A DNA stretch of 64,000 nt from a virus: the IMG/VR virus record IMGVR_UViG_3300032325_000466, positions 64,001 through 128,000 of that record; one strand, written 5' to 3'. This document shows positions 41,001-47,023 of the stretch, piece by piece. The translations under genes and the position numbers were made by a program. The stretch's first letter is position 1, and each line of letters opens with the position of its first letter. Under the pieces are notes generated by a model that ran no database searches, was not told where the DNA came from, and saw only the letters and a program-made list of their open reading frames with translations.

Positions 41001-43111
41001 TACTCGCACTAACAGATGCTACTGGTGCTGCATTCTGTATAACAGCAGACTATGCGATTGCAGTAGCTGGTGATGAAGTTGGTGTCGCTCGCCCAGGAAT
41101 ATCAGCTAAAATAGTATTCCCAGTTATCTATACCACATCAGATGATTATGTATCATTTGCAGTATTTGGTCAAACAATACCTGAACAATATGGATACACT
41201 CTACCTGAAACACAAACTTATACAGGTACAGGTGCTCTACAAACATTCTCATTATTCAACTATGCTAGCGGAGATAATCCAAATAATGCTATTGTTGAGA
41301 TTGATGGATTGCGCTTATCAAATACTGATTATACAATTGATGCTGAATTATCTACGATAACCTTTACAACTGCCCCTGCACTTGACGCTAAGATAGCAGT
41401 TACTACATACAATCTAACTGATCGTCAGTATTTTAACACACAGTATGACATTACTGGCAATATCATTTCTTCAATCATTGGTATCAGTAATGCTATCACC
41501 GTGCCCCTAGCTAATACACCAGTTTATTCTTCTACTTCAGTGGGTAACTTAATTACTTGCGCTTCAACTAGTAATTTTATAGTTAATCAACCTATACAAT
41601 TCTTTGGCGTTGCCTTTGGAAATATACTAACTGATGGTACAGTGTATTTTGTTCTTACCGTTAATAGCCCAACCGAGTTTACTATATCCCAAACACAGGG
41701 AGGTAGTGCTTTCAATCCAGGTACAGCATCAGGTATTATGCTAGGTTCAGTTGGTGGACAACCTGCTATTCGCGTAACTACACAATTGGATAATGAATTT
41801 GTTACTAATGATTTAGTTGTTATTGATGCAACTGATGGTTCAGTACAGCTAAACAATAACGCATATTATGTTCATGTAATCAGTCCTACTCAGTTTGACT
41901 TATACACTGAACCATATGATCCTGCTATTGACGCTACTAATTACCCAGTAACTCAATCAGGTACATATACCGGTGGAGGATTTACTTGGTTAGACGGTAT
42001 GTTTACTCTGACTGATGTTGTCGCTACTGGAACTTCAAGTGTAGATAATACTATTATTGTTCCTGACACTGTTGGTCTAATAGTTGATACTCCAGTACTG
42101 TTCACTGAGCAGGGTAAGAAAGATGGTGAAACTACGCTAGGTGGATTAATAATAGGCCAAGAATATTACATAAGGTCAATTCCCAATACTACTAAGTTTA
42201 AAGTTTCTACTATTAGAGCAGGCGCCGAAGTTATTTTAACAACTGATGCAGGTAGTATGAATGTTACTCAGTGGGAACAACTAAATGTAGATAGATTATG
42301 GGTAACAGTTAACGGTTATCGTGTACCTTCATCGTCACTGCGCTTGAACCCAAATAATAATTTAAGCATTTTAGTTCAAATGGCTGCTACTGATGCGGTG
42401 ACTATCACTAATATGATTCCCACAGCTACACCAAATGAATTAGTGTATCTACAAAATGTTAATAAAGATAGTGTACCCGCAGTGTTCCGTGCAAACTCAA
42501 ATACACGCACTTGGCTAACTCAACCATTGATTAAAACTGATACCTATATATTCATGAGTGATGTAAGCAGAGTTACCGACACTGTTATACAAAATGCGGT
42601 AGCTCCCGCCCCAATTGACGATGCAATGTATATCCCATTACAAGCTGATAGAAATACCATTTGTCAAGTAATACTATACAATGAAACTTCGGGAGAATAT
42701 CTATTTGGAGTCTATGAAGTGGTAATCATAGCAACTGCTCCTGTACTTAAGATTATACCTACTGAACCTATTTCGGGCACTATATTCGTCAGCGAAGGTA
42801 ACAACTTAGTTATTACTATAACAATGGGTAAACTACTCTTTATCAACGGTGAATATATTTCATTTAGCGAAGTTAATTATGGAGCTAACTCGGTTGGTAA
42901 ATTACAACGAGGAATCAATGGTACTGGCATACAACCAATAACTCCTACATATTCTGAAGTCTATGGATTACTGACTGCCAACTTATTACCCGAAGCAGAG
43001 TATACTGTAACTTGGAATCCTATACCCGGTGTTTATAATGCTGTTAAGGGTGATCCATTACAATTAGCAGACACAACGGCAGCAAATTTCTTAAAAGGTG
43101 ACATCCCTTAA
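26003..43111 (+). CDS. Giant (5702 aa) baseplate-associated virion protein
   Basis: Single uninterrupted ORF after gp6; FG-GAP-like repeats and about ten repeated beta modules. Confidence 0.75.
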   Translation: MATRIRTLNFLPDIFRTPTNSQFLGATLDQIVDQPNTMKIEGYVGSKFGYGVNAKDYYVVEPTKTRTDYQLEPGVVFTKKDTSTAQDFISYPGIVDALKLAGGVTNNNDRLFNSQFYSWDSFTNLDPLINYTQYYWISDTAFPAVTVSTNTVYNSGAYVVTSLPTGYEITSDTDPVGSINPSITLLRGGVYTFQVSQATQFWIQGQPGITGYDPAQPNMQTRDVFGVTNNGANVGLVTFAVPYKDAQDQYIFSGNNLVDVVSDIPYDQINGKLLSEIGNIDGLTSLEGKTVMFYGDVSASTYFYQITYTAGPTPTDPIIILVPTVGIPVNEKITATSGTTYIGRNFYRSPAGLITIIPYLSSLLDTLYYQDGTNPLQVGVINLIESNFTDILDVDTIIGKKTYTSPNGVVFTNGLKVSFSGNITPASYSNNEYYVQGVGTAISLIPVTALAVPESFTKQSASYIPYDTTPYDTKNYDAQLYVPIDQDYITISRDSIDKNPWSRSNRWFHTDVINATAQYNNDPTIVDRYATQANKAKRPIIEFYPNLGLFNSGIVGKAPVDFIDIRTTDAFNQVAGQIIYYPDVAVFTSETAIIAAATSATSTTIQINSSSILPGSGSFAVGQYITDSTNVLPYNTTISAISGTTGVLTITVEWPNPDTIVPTGPASLVANPSPNDNYAIFDGARIVFTNDTNINVRNKIYVARFSIIIPNVQTVITLTEADDGLVLPNEQTVAYKGYYNQGKGWYFDGLNWYEAQQKITVNQPPLFDIFDGDNISLGNPEVYAGTSFKGNKLFAYAIGSGTNDPILGFPLKYVTIGGLVGDISFDVSLNSDTFNYVRGSKSITQKVNTGYVYNYSDIDTYARQLGWQTAVAPSRQYQLFSADYDKTLLTQQSTVDPLYPDTTTTRNVFVVECDIAADLTSIWPYLQVSRNNDILAPTQYTSIVSDTTTTVIIDVDEPLIETVYQIAILSNQVSSTAFYQIPINLNNNPLNEEITTLNVGDIRGQYQSIFYNNPDTTGEVFGSNNYRDLGNLVPWGNKIIQNSASLVLPGTFLRKPDHNLILSLQYNSQQYITFKSLLIDTVNNTAYETYTTPANALDDALDQMTASKLESGPFFWSDMIPSKAAYITNVYRFANALDVSIYPLSQVYNFETANYNGVLVYLTRNNIITQLVTGVDYTVSTTAPTLTIETDLLPNDLITIKQYNQTYGSYVPNTPTKLGLYPAFIPSVILDANYAQPTYFIKGHDGSYNKLYGEYIDGVLTDLRDQVLLEFELRVYNNLKLSNTIPIRDYDVLPGFFRDSQYSFSEVLSIYEQYFLNWVGQNRIEYKPQVYINGDQFTYNYNQSGNKINQEQIPVGNWRGVYQYFYDTASPDTAPWEMLGFANQPTWWTSRYGPAPYTSDNLILWGDLAAGINWNNGDPVVIPQAVRPELLQVLPVDSAGNLVSPFVAVVGNYDQRTFNNDWRAGDVGPTEFSYRRSSSWPFDLMKILALTKPANFFNLGVDVDNYKYSKEFNQYLVNERSHLVISDIEIYGTGTPKTSYINWIVDYEKQVGIDATTNITTLLDNLDVRLVYRLAGFSDKTLLRFFVEKGTPNSTNASLMIPDESYAVLLYDNQPFEQIVYSSVVIQKTVNGWKVFGNSQSRAYFTINPPKIDGRYDTISVENLSVQAANNYQLDREAIIPYGTEFYNAQDVSQFLASYGAYLSSQGVLFDQIESGLQVSWSQMIAEFLYWAQSGWQVGSIVNINPAANLISINQESAIVQPLTLQRQNFVLNQNLYPIQSIDLSVVRDGTLFTAQTLNRGDTVAYGQFNMSAIEHGIVFDNVTLFNDVIYNLVTGLRQNRIFLRGTKSAEWNGTLDAQGFILNQDNINEWSKETKYTTGEIVKFKNKYWVALAKLQASETFQEQFWKRTDYNEIQKGLLPNSSTRSYESTLYYDTNYANLEQDADLLSFSLIGYRPRDYLAVADLTDITQINVYKNLIKEKGTRTAINTFKGASLAQGDINYDVYENWAIKSGEFGGVLNNNFIDFRLNQNQLTGNPSIVGLTTGVFTDGVQQEVPLYSVFNYGRPVTDPNVLATLPTDTPDKLFPSAGYPNFNDVKTYSYFYSGLNNAVVPLSRLYVGEYLWVADFKGTWQVFTPQSISQVINVINNLNNTITVQFNAPHNLVKFQPFAIINFNTNIDGYYIVTSVLDPTRVTVTLSLSSATLNITGTGIGVAFTSQRVGKPSDIASFPVNDNEFIKTKVWVDENNDGSWAVYRKSLNYQYKSELIKDDSFTFGSAVAYTSDLGYLISDASLGEVYRYTYNSVFARYDLTQTLVGATTFGTTIGYAGSIFAISQPTGVTTNDRIVSVYNLVTNTLTNALQLIQTITAPSGITNWGRAITVSGDQQWLYIGGYEQNVVYAYKFNATTDEYDHVATIALSTSETGDNFGYSLSTNYYGNTLVVGAPGENYNATTDNWGYTYVFNRLSQTFEFQFDQAPSFTLAFTPTTVSVAVNGTALEATEYTLIGNVVSITKSLNTGDIIIVSGNQFVLMQELTTQNQPRIGVQFGYSLDTNNYGTEILVGAPFEVNASNQEGAVYRYTTSGGAYGYIIGSKECYVYDTTNILINGYQVTVPAGDAASTASAINAAKITNVTASAADNILTIRLVNVKLALMNDKLNLQVLQTNILDQLGITVYTQTQTINDPNQQSRTQFGTAVRFNELGSFVVSAPVAARYAHTTFDMTDDENFDNDTLFDNNTTQWVDRFINAGAVYMYDYLSVYNENLHNVGKFVYAQSVNALNENYGAQPYYGTALDFNSNNVIVGTPGFKPGTTNGQVVVYDNSTGVQNWATYRYSAPVVDTGAIQNVQLYSAITNNTLENLDYIDPLQGKILGVVRENLDVVSNADPAVYNSSTANNQGAIVWGERQLGQLWYNTSTTRFVNYHQNDSVTYNSQWWGRVFPGSNVQVLSWITSDQLPVNYSGPGTPYDITSYSIEYTTNSTGALVPVYYYWVRNTNIIFSKTGKTLSDTVCESYIGLPTATGIAYMAPIQPNVFGLYNSGDYINANDSVLHIGFATSRNDDVSHSSYNLIKANYASDFLPGLPGVGSAIEPESLYLKMIDSLSGVDTAGGIVPDPFLPKPVQSGILSRPRQSFFYNRFKALQNYLEYANTVLAQFPILEIRNGNLSFLYKVGEVNKSTDPVYNTDPTSPYYSPDPWTGPILPFYDTTDYWTPINWWATGYNDNTKSSLLVPLYSDLSTIGNPQNGLIVTVAENGAGSQETYRYVAPVGDTAGYWVRIGLQNGTIKFNSSLWDYATARIGFGDSFFDTQPYDYYPSAETRNIIRSLNEEIYIGELLIFRNKSLILLFEYIQSETVESQNYMPWLNKTSFIDVSHTIRELLPLRVFRSDNQVFLSGYINEAKPYHVVIKDFIFNYTRTDLYNSDITDFDLPAKYNTDYDQFITPMLVYSGADDINEFLPTDPIWQSPDYTTWYNNYGLSLSTVYKYPMTTVASYLNLVSDNLYVNNVSGFPVTGTVLIGTELIGYTGIDTAYNILTGLTRGVKDTLVQNHIYGEQIYIDLPPILVLNSGREYTVPPKVTAYIDTSVYPAPRVAAILTPIMSFDKVIGVQVVNSGSGYAVLPEIVFEPALIENFTSTGVDTDLNYIALTTTGLVTGDLVRYDVGTDTEPVSGLQVGAYYYVNLLQTTPTNVIALYTNYVDAIQDHNRVNLYTQGSGDNNILALTAVASCTTTSQPVRENITTLRFDRTSYNSSLQTWQPGQFYGSKYTGDLSLTKLASSSLLLQSTNPPISEILASAQGQTFEILEVRNVETYTWSSRTRSVFATTSPDRITVMSSAGGDSLNPTLGFYVDMPIKFEGEEFGGLSVGVTYYVTDVYNNLEFSVSETIGGMPITLTTESAPSAGLLAITGTLTNQAVIKLFYPGILKATATTKITNIVTVPLLPTGLGGTQGFYTGLPIYFTGRNVQAGSFVIGKGYTIVSVGTTDFTLCGASANEIGVQFTATSVGTGTGVVSTVFGDVIANIEFYVTTVIDAENFTMSYTSTPTETTLYATTAGTNYVTVESVNGFNVNDPIIFTNMQIAGTRVTDFGNIQAGIVYYVQSIINGTQIQISTQFNGAALTLTTVAVATDTNGTITNQSENVQLNNAIGEMTLVAGLPISPGQINGQRFAFYPTSNAFTGVSGITSDLLTRTITAAVSTNNGLYLAISTGGISDVYINMPFIVQTAIGGLLTGTTYYVRSTGTLTTTVTNTTTSTNRLTCSTTAGFYEGMAIKFSGAVFGGITPNLTYFILSIVDGNTFTISNDIGGTEVTLSTSVGSMLLTGEQYITVNDGAGSQVFLSDDIAFVTLDQYPTSPPTFNVGYTAGGYFVQVATPGTGYAVNNTITVDGAQLGGESGTNDLTMTVYEISSIGEVVTVISTGAPAGINANYYLKVISEYECELYYNSSLSIPVPGSQFPFNGITQTTVTGVTAATNELTVNSSASFAINDPVVFTGDVFGGMILGETYYIKTKPSPTTVTISTFPNGTVFDITADETGDCIMATVGDVSLLPDPFYATQSIVIYNNKVYQCAVSNNDDDFVFRKWQLMDSGDRQLNALDRIVGYYQPTINMPGLDLTQLVANIVYPNNTYLDNAFAPADEYPYDTLLLDNTFTQVNDNIYTVQGDEFTAGYGPEELVPGIVTDNLTMIVKTRPGSNWESTVYQNVGYNSVSTEITPAQPDQVLYSFVNVVINPIQISVFDIDTTTKLSTRLYDYTIDWINKVVTLSTPLAENHILRIDVYEVGNGDQLVRSNSQTTPFFLNEDTQFSEIYLDCLYSASITNGSGLIIPGSAPSSIEAIETSATDNTILCLSVSSFTLNAPITFQGAVFGGVALDTTYYVKTASAITDRITISDTLVAGIAGPTLTLTSATGSMQAIIQADNGLVWTDPIIVHNGTRLTLGEQSFVTQTKSSTNSIVCNSTAHFDLNDTVTFSATMFGGIIQPNTVYYIATIVDDNDFTISETLGGPILALTDATGAAFCITADYAIAVAGDEVGVARPGISAKIVFPVIYTTSDDYVSFAVFGQTIPEQYGYTLPETQTYTGTGALQTFSLFNYASGDNPNNAIVEIDGLRLSNTDYTIDAELSTITFTTAPALDAKIAVTTYNLTDRQYFNTQYDITGNIISSIIGISNAITVPLANTPVYSSTSVGNLITCASTSNFIVNQPIQFFGVAFGNILTDGTVYFVLTVNSPTEFTISQTQGGSAFNPGTASGIMLGSVGGQPAIRVTTQLDNEFVTNDLVVIDATDGSVQLNNNAYYVHVISPTQFDLYTEPYDPAIDATNYPVTQSGTYTGGGFTWLDGMFTLTDVVATGTSSVDNTIIVPDTVGLIVDTPVLFTEQGKKDGETTLGGLIIGQEYYIRSIPNTTKFKVSTIRAGAEVILTTDAGSMNVTQWEQLNVDRLWVTVNGYRVPSSSLRLNPNNNLSILVQMAATDAVTITNMIPTATPNELVYLQNVNKDSVPAVFRANSNTRTWLTQPLIKTDTYIFMSDVSRVTDTVIQNAVAPAPIDDAMYIPLQADRNTICQVILYNETSGEYLFGVYEVVIIATAPVLKIIPTEPISGTIFVSEGNNLVITITMGKLLFINGEYISFSEVNYGANSVGKLQRGINGTGIQPITPTYSEVYGLLTANLLPEAEYTVTWNPIPGVYNAVKGDPLQLADTTAANFLKGDIP

Positions 43112-43126
43112 AAGATAAATAAATAT

Positions 43127-43285
43127 ATGAATACTAATCAGAACAATGGTGACCAAGCGAAAGAAAAGCAAGAAGAACCAAATACTCGTCCAAATGAGAT
43201 TGGTGGTTTTTACTTTTCTTCGTCTGTAAAAATTACAGATCCAAACACAAAAGAAATATTGGTTCAAATCAGGGGCGATAACTAA
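43127..43285 (+). CDS. Small 52 aa protein MNTNQ...GGFYFSSSVKITDPNTKEILVQIRGDN
   Basis: Not in ORF track; TAAATA (43116-43121) 5 nt upstream; TAATG overlap with the next gene. Confidence 0.7.
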   Translation: MNTNQNNGDQAKEKQEEPNTRPNEIGGFYFSSSVKITDPNTKEILVQIRGDN

Positions 43286-43923
43286 TGTCAGTAATAACTT
43301 TATCATACAAAATTGAAGGTTTTCTCAAAATATACGATCCTAATAATGGTGAAATTTTTGTAGATAAAAAGAATGCCATAAATTATGAAACTATGTCGAT
43401 AGCCATAGCCGATACTCTAAGTAGTAGGGGTTATGGCGAAATATATCAAATGGCATTTGGTAATGGTGGCGCGTCAGTTTCAGACACTGGTGTTATTACC
43501 TATCTACCTCCTAATGTAACAGGACTAAATGCGGCTCTGTACAATCAAACCTACGCTAAAGTAGTAGATGATACCAGTGCATTTAATCTAGACCCAACTA
43601 GAAACAAAATGTCTGTTCTACATACATCAGGTAAAGTATATACTGATATTTTAGTTCAATGCTTATTAGATTACGGTGAACCTGCAGGACAGGCAGCGTT
43701 TGATAATAGCACCCAAACAGATTCAAGCTATATTTTTGATGAATTGGGATTACTAGCCAACTATAGTCCTATTAATCCAGGCGAAGCTACAAGATTACTA
43801 ACACATGTAATATTTCACCCAGTACAAAAAAGCTTAAACCGACAGATTCAAATAGATTACACAGTTAGGATTCAGGCGCTAACTAGTAGTACAAGTATTA
43901 GTACAAGTATAAATTTAATGTAA
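43285..43923 (+). CDS. Virion structural protein (tail/baseplate module)
   Basis: Translationally coupled; located between the giant protein and the tail fibre. Confidence 0.55.
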   Translation: MSVITLSYKIEGFLKIYDPNNGEIFVDKKNAINYETMSIAIADTLSSRGYGEIYQMAFGNGGASVSDTGVITYLPPNVTGLNAALYNQTYAKVVDDTSAFNLDPTRNKMSVLHTSGKVYTDILVQCLLDYGEPAGQAAFDNSTQTDSSYIFDELGLLANYSPINPGEATRLLTHVIFHPVQKSLNRQIQIDYTVRIQALTSSTSISTSINLM

Positions 43924-43945
43924 ATACAATATCGGAGTTATTTAA

Positions 43946-45916
43946 ATGGCATACAGAATTTTAAAAAGTAACGGGCAATTATTAGCAACTATTCCCGACG
44001 GGACTATCAATACTAGCAATTCTAGTTTAGGTTTGCCCGGTAGAAACTATGCAGGTTATGGACAAACACTAGATACTAACTTTGTTCACATAACTGAAAA
44101 TTTTGCCAAAGCTACTCCTCCCGCTAATCCACTACAGGGTCAATTATGGTATAACACTAATGCCAATCTATTATATGTATGCCCCGCAGATGGAACAACT
44201 AATGCTGCTGATTGGGTGCCTATAGCAGTAGCAGGTGGAAACACTACTACAACATTTGGTACGGTTAATGTTAATGGAAACCTAAACGCTAATAATGTAA
44301 TAGCGGTTAATTCTGTTCAGGCAGCAAATGGCGCATTTACTAACATTAGCGTTACAGCTAATGCAAATATCGCAAGTTCAAGCACAATAACAGCTAATAT
44401 TGGTACACTAACTACTCAAGCAATTACCACTGGAGCAAATACTACTACAGGAACAATGAATGGTACTTGGACAATAACTGGTGGCCTGTCAGGTAATTCA
44501 CTAGTAGTAGCTAATGGTAATGTATATACTACTGGTATTAGAACTGACGGCTATTATTACTCTAATGGTGCACCATTCAATGGAACATATACTAATGGTA
44601 ATGTGTTTGATTATTTGACTGGCGCAAACAGTACACCAAGATTTACTGGTAATATTGCACCAAATTTAATCGCTGCGACTGGTAACATAAACACTACTGG
44701 TAACATAAGTGCGACTGGTAACATAACTGGTAATTATATTATAGGTAACGGTAGTTTGTTGACCGGCGTGTCAGTAAGTGGAGGAACTACTATTGTCAAT
44801 GGTAATAGTAATGTAAATATTCCAGCTGCCAATGGCAATGTTACCATCAGTTCAGCCGGTAACGCAAATATCATAATAGTTACTGGAACCGGTGCTAATA
44901 TCGCTGGTACACTAAGCTCAACCGGTAACGCTAACGTAGGTAACTTAGGTACTACTGGTGTATTTGCTACTACACTAAGCTCAACCGGTAACGCTAACGT
45001 AGGTAACTTAGGTACTACTGGTGTATTTGCTACTACACTAAGCTCAACCGGTAACGCTAACGTAGGCGGTACGCTAAATGTAACTGGTAATACTACTTTC
45101 TCAGGTGTTGGACAGAGAATTTTAGGTGACTTTAGCAACACGACTTTGGGAAGTAGAACCGCGCTTCAAGATAAAGCTACGAACAGTCTTACTTTTGTTC
45201 CAATACTTCCCAACGGCACAAACTCAAATTCCGGATTAGGTGTATTTAACTCATCCGATGGAAACAACGCAGCATATGGTTATCTTCAAACAAATACCTC
45301 GCAAGTTCAAGTAGGTGCGGACAAAATTGGGACGGGCACTTATCTGCCAATTACATTTGCAACTAGTGGGGCAGAAGCAGCTAGAATTGATACGACAGGA
45401 AGATTTCTTGTTGGAACCCCATTGAATAATTGGGGAGGATCTCCAACTGGAATAGCAACATTTGCCCCAACTTCATCAGTAGTATCTGGCATATATACCG
45501 GATGTTGGAATGCAGCCGGCACTGCCGTATCGTTTTACTCTGGAACTAATTCACCATTTTATTTTGCAGGCTCGATTAGTTTAAGTACATTCACCACTGC
45601 ATACAATACATCGTCTGATTATAGATTAAAAGACAACATACAGCCACTAACCGGCAGTGGTTCGTTCATTGATGCATTGCAGCCAAGAAAGTGGTCATGG
45701 GTGCAAGGTGGAGGTAATGGAGTAGGCTTCGTCGCACATGAGGTTGCGGCAGTATCACCTTCATCAGTTTCTGGGGAAAAAGACGCCGTTAAAGAAGATG
45801 GCTCACCAGACTATCAGGTTATGGAATACGGTAGTGCAGAATTTATTGCTAATATGATTGCTGAATTGCAAGAATTACGCCGTCGAGTAGCCCAATTAGA
45901 AGCTAATAATCCTTAA
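43946..45916 (+). CDS. Tail fibre/spike with C-terminal intramolecular chaperone (peptidase S74)
   Basis: G/N/T-rich repeats; SDYRLK.NI..L, GFVAHEV motifs; terminal coiled coil. Confidence 0.85.
   Translation: MAYRILKSNGQLLATIPDGTINTSNSSLGLPGRNYAGYGQTLDTNFVHITENFAKATPPANPLQGQLWYNTNANLLYVCPADGTTNAADWVPIAVAGGNTTTTFGTVNVNGNLNANNVIAVNSVQAANGAFTNISVTANANIASSSTITANIGTLTTQAITTGANTTTGTMNGTWTITGGLSGNSLVVANGNVYTTGIRTDGYYYSNGAPFNGTYTNGNVFDYLTGANSTPRFTGNIAPNLIAATGNINTTGNISATGNITGNYIIGNGSLLTGVSVSGGTTIVNGNSNVNIPAANGNVTISSAGNANIIIVTGTGANIAGTLSSTGNANVGNLGTTGVFATTLSSTGNANVGNLGTTGVFATTLSSTGNANVGGTLNVTGNTTFSGVGQRILGDFSNTTLGSRTALQDKATNSLTFVPILPNGTNSNSGLGVFNSSDGNNAAYGYLQTNTSQVQVGADKIGTGTYLPITFATSGAEAARIDTTGRFLVGTPLNNWGGSPTGIATFAPTSSVVSGIYTGCWNAAGTAVSFYSGTNSPFYFAGSISLSTFTTAYNTSSDYRLKDNIQPLTGSGSFIDALQPRKWSWVQGGGNGVGFVAHEVAAVSPSSVSGEKDAVKEDGSPDYQVMEYGSAEFIANMIAELQELRRRVAQLEANNP
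44908..45066 (+). repeat. Perfect 63 bp tandem repeat, about 2.5 copies
   Basis: Units start at 44908, 44971 and 45034; encode TLSSTGNANVGNLGTTGVFAT. Confidence 0.95.
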
Positions 45917-45938
45917 AGTATTTGTGATATAATTGTCA

Positions 45939-46439
45939 ATGCACGATGACACGAAAAATCCTAGCAATTTAGCTAAGGGTAGAACTAGCTTTGATATTAA
46001 TGTAGGTGGTACGCTTGTACCCTTCTTTAATAAAAACATCACTCCCTACCCTACAGATGTAAGTGCTCCCAAATTTGAGCTAGTACCTGTACGCGAGAAA
46101 AAAGACTTGATGATAAATTCTGCCCGCATGTATGCCGAGCAAGAATACAACCGTATCATGGAGTTAGTAAATGTGTTACAATCACAAGCTAATCAAATAA
46201 AACGCAGATTAGATATTACAGATTGGGTACATAGTGCTGATTATAACTTTAATACTACACATGGTGGGTATTATTGGATAGCACAGGATACAAATAGAAA
46301 TCGCACAGTTCTATTGATAATGGGCCCCAGTGACTGGTCAACAGGCGCTCCCGAACACTTTGAATATATCGCTAGAGTAAAGTATATGGGCGATCATACT
46401 TGGGTAGAAGTAGATGATCAAAACAATATAAAATGGTGA
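45939..46439 (+). CDS. DUF2452-like protein
   Basis: A.MYAEQEY.RI.E...L..QA..I..R, P..W, D.TW pattern; TGnTATAAT 5 nt before ATG 45939. Confidence 0.6.
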   Translation: MHDDTKNPSNLAKGRTSFDINVGGTLVPFFNKNITPYPTDVSAPKFELVPVREKKDLMINSARMYAEQEYNRIMELVNVLQSQANQIKRRLDITDWVHSADYNFNTTHGGYYWIAQDTNRNRTVLLIMGPSDWSTGAPEHFEYIARVKYMGDHTWVEVDDQNNIKW

Positions 46440-46492
46440 ATAAATGATACACTTTACAATAACTGATCACGATATGAAGGGCAAATTCGGTA

Positions 46493-46523
46493 TTGACTTT
46501 TACCATCGAACAGTGTATAAATA
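46493..46523 (+). promoter_or_regulatory. Dual promoter for tmRNA (sigma70 and late)
   Basis: TTGACT-17 nt-TATAAA, where the -10 is also a perfect TATAAATA. Confidence 0.7.
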
Positions 46524-46527
46524 GTAT

Positions 46528-46980
46528 TGTTCGTTGAAAGGTTCATCATAAGCACATACGCTGATAGCAAGCGACTAAGGCAGCTATGCGAAATCTTAGT
46601 TTAATGTGTGCTTTTGATGAATCAGTAGAGGAATTCGTTGAGGGTAACCTCTAGAAGTCGTTATTGGACTAGCTGTGGACGTGGGTTCGATTCCCACCGG
46701 GTCCACCAAAAGTATACTACTTGATTGGTTGACTACCCAAGGTTATCGTTGATAGAGAATTAGTCGCTCAGTAGATAACAAGTGTACTTCTGATGGGCCT
46801 GACCTGGTTTCGACATGGTTAGAAAGGAACGATTAGAATCGGCAATGTTAAAGCCGTTAGGGTTGGGATTTCTCGGCCGTAGAGACAAAAAACTATAAAT
46901 GCTAACGCATCTAACGATGAGGTTTTCGCTCTAGCAGCGTGATCTCCGGGGTTGACAACCTTGTAACCAAATAGTCAGGA
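46528..46980 (+). ncRNA. ssrA: Circularly permuted (two-piece) tmRNA: acceptor piece to CCA at 46708, intervening segment 46709-46794, coding piece from 46795
   Basis: T arm GTGGG-TTCGATT-CCCAC and CGGGTCC-A-CCA lie upstream of 5' end GGGCCTGACCTGGTTTCGAC; acceptor stem has G3-U70; helix 2 CATGGTTAG/CTAGCTGTG; tag frame 46901-46942 ANASNDEVFALAA-stop; outer ends approximate. Confidence 0.92.
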
Positions 46981-46981
46981 A

Positions 46982-47007
46982 AGGCTCGCAAGGGCCTTTT
47001 CTTTTGG
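46982..47007 (+). terminator. Intrinsic terminator after tmRNA
   Basis: aggctc-gcaa-gggcct stem followed by a T run. Confidence 0.85.
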
Positions 47008-47023
47008 CAGCATAAATACTAGC

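Noticed and set aside
46444-46524. 26 aa ORF MIHFTITDH...
   Set aside because: No SD, and it overlaps the tmRNA promoter; cannot be supported
46681-46708. Stand-alone tRNA-Ala
   Set aside because: No D arm or anticodon arm upstream; the matching 5' strand lies downstream at 46795, which is explained by a permuted tmRNA
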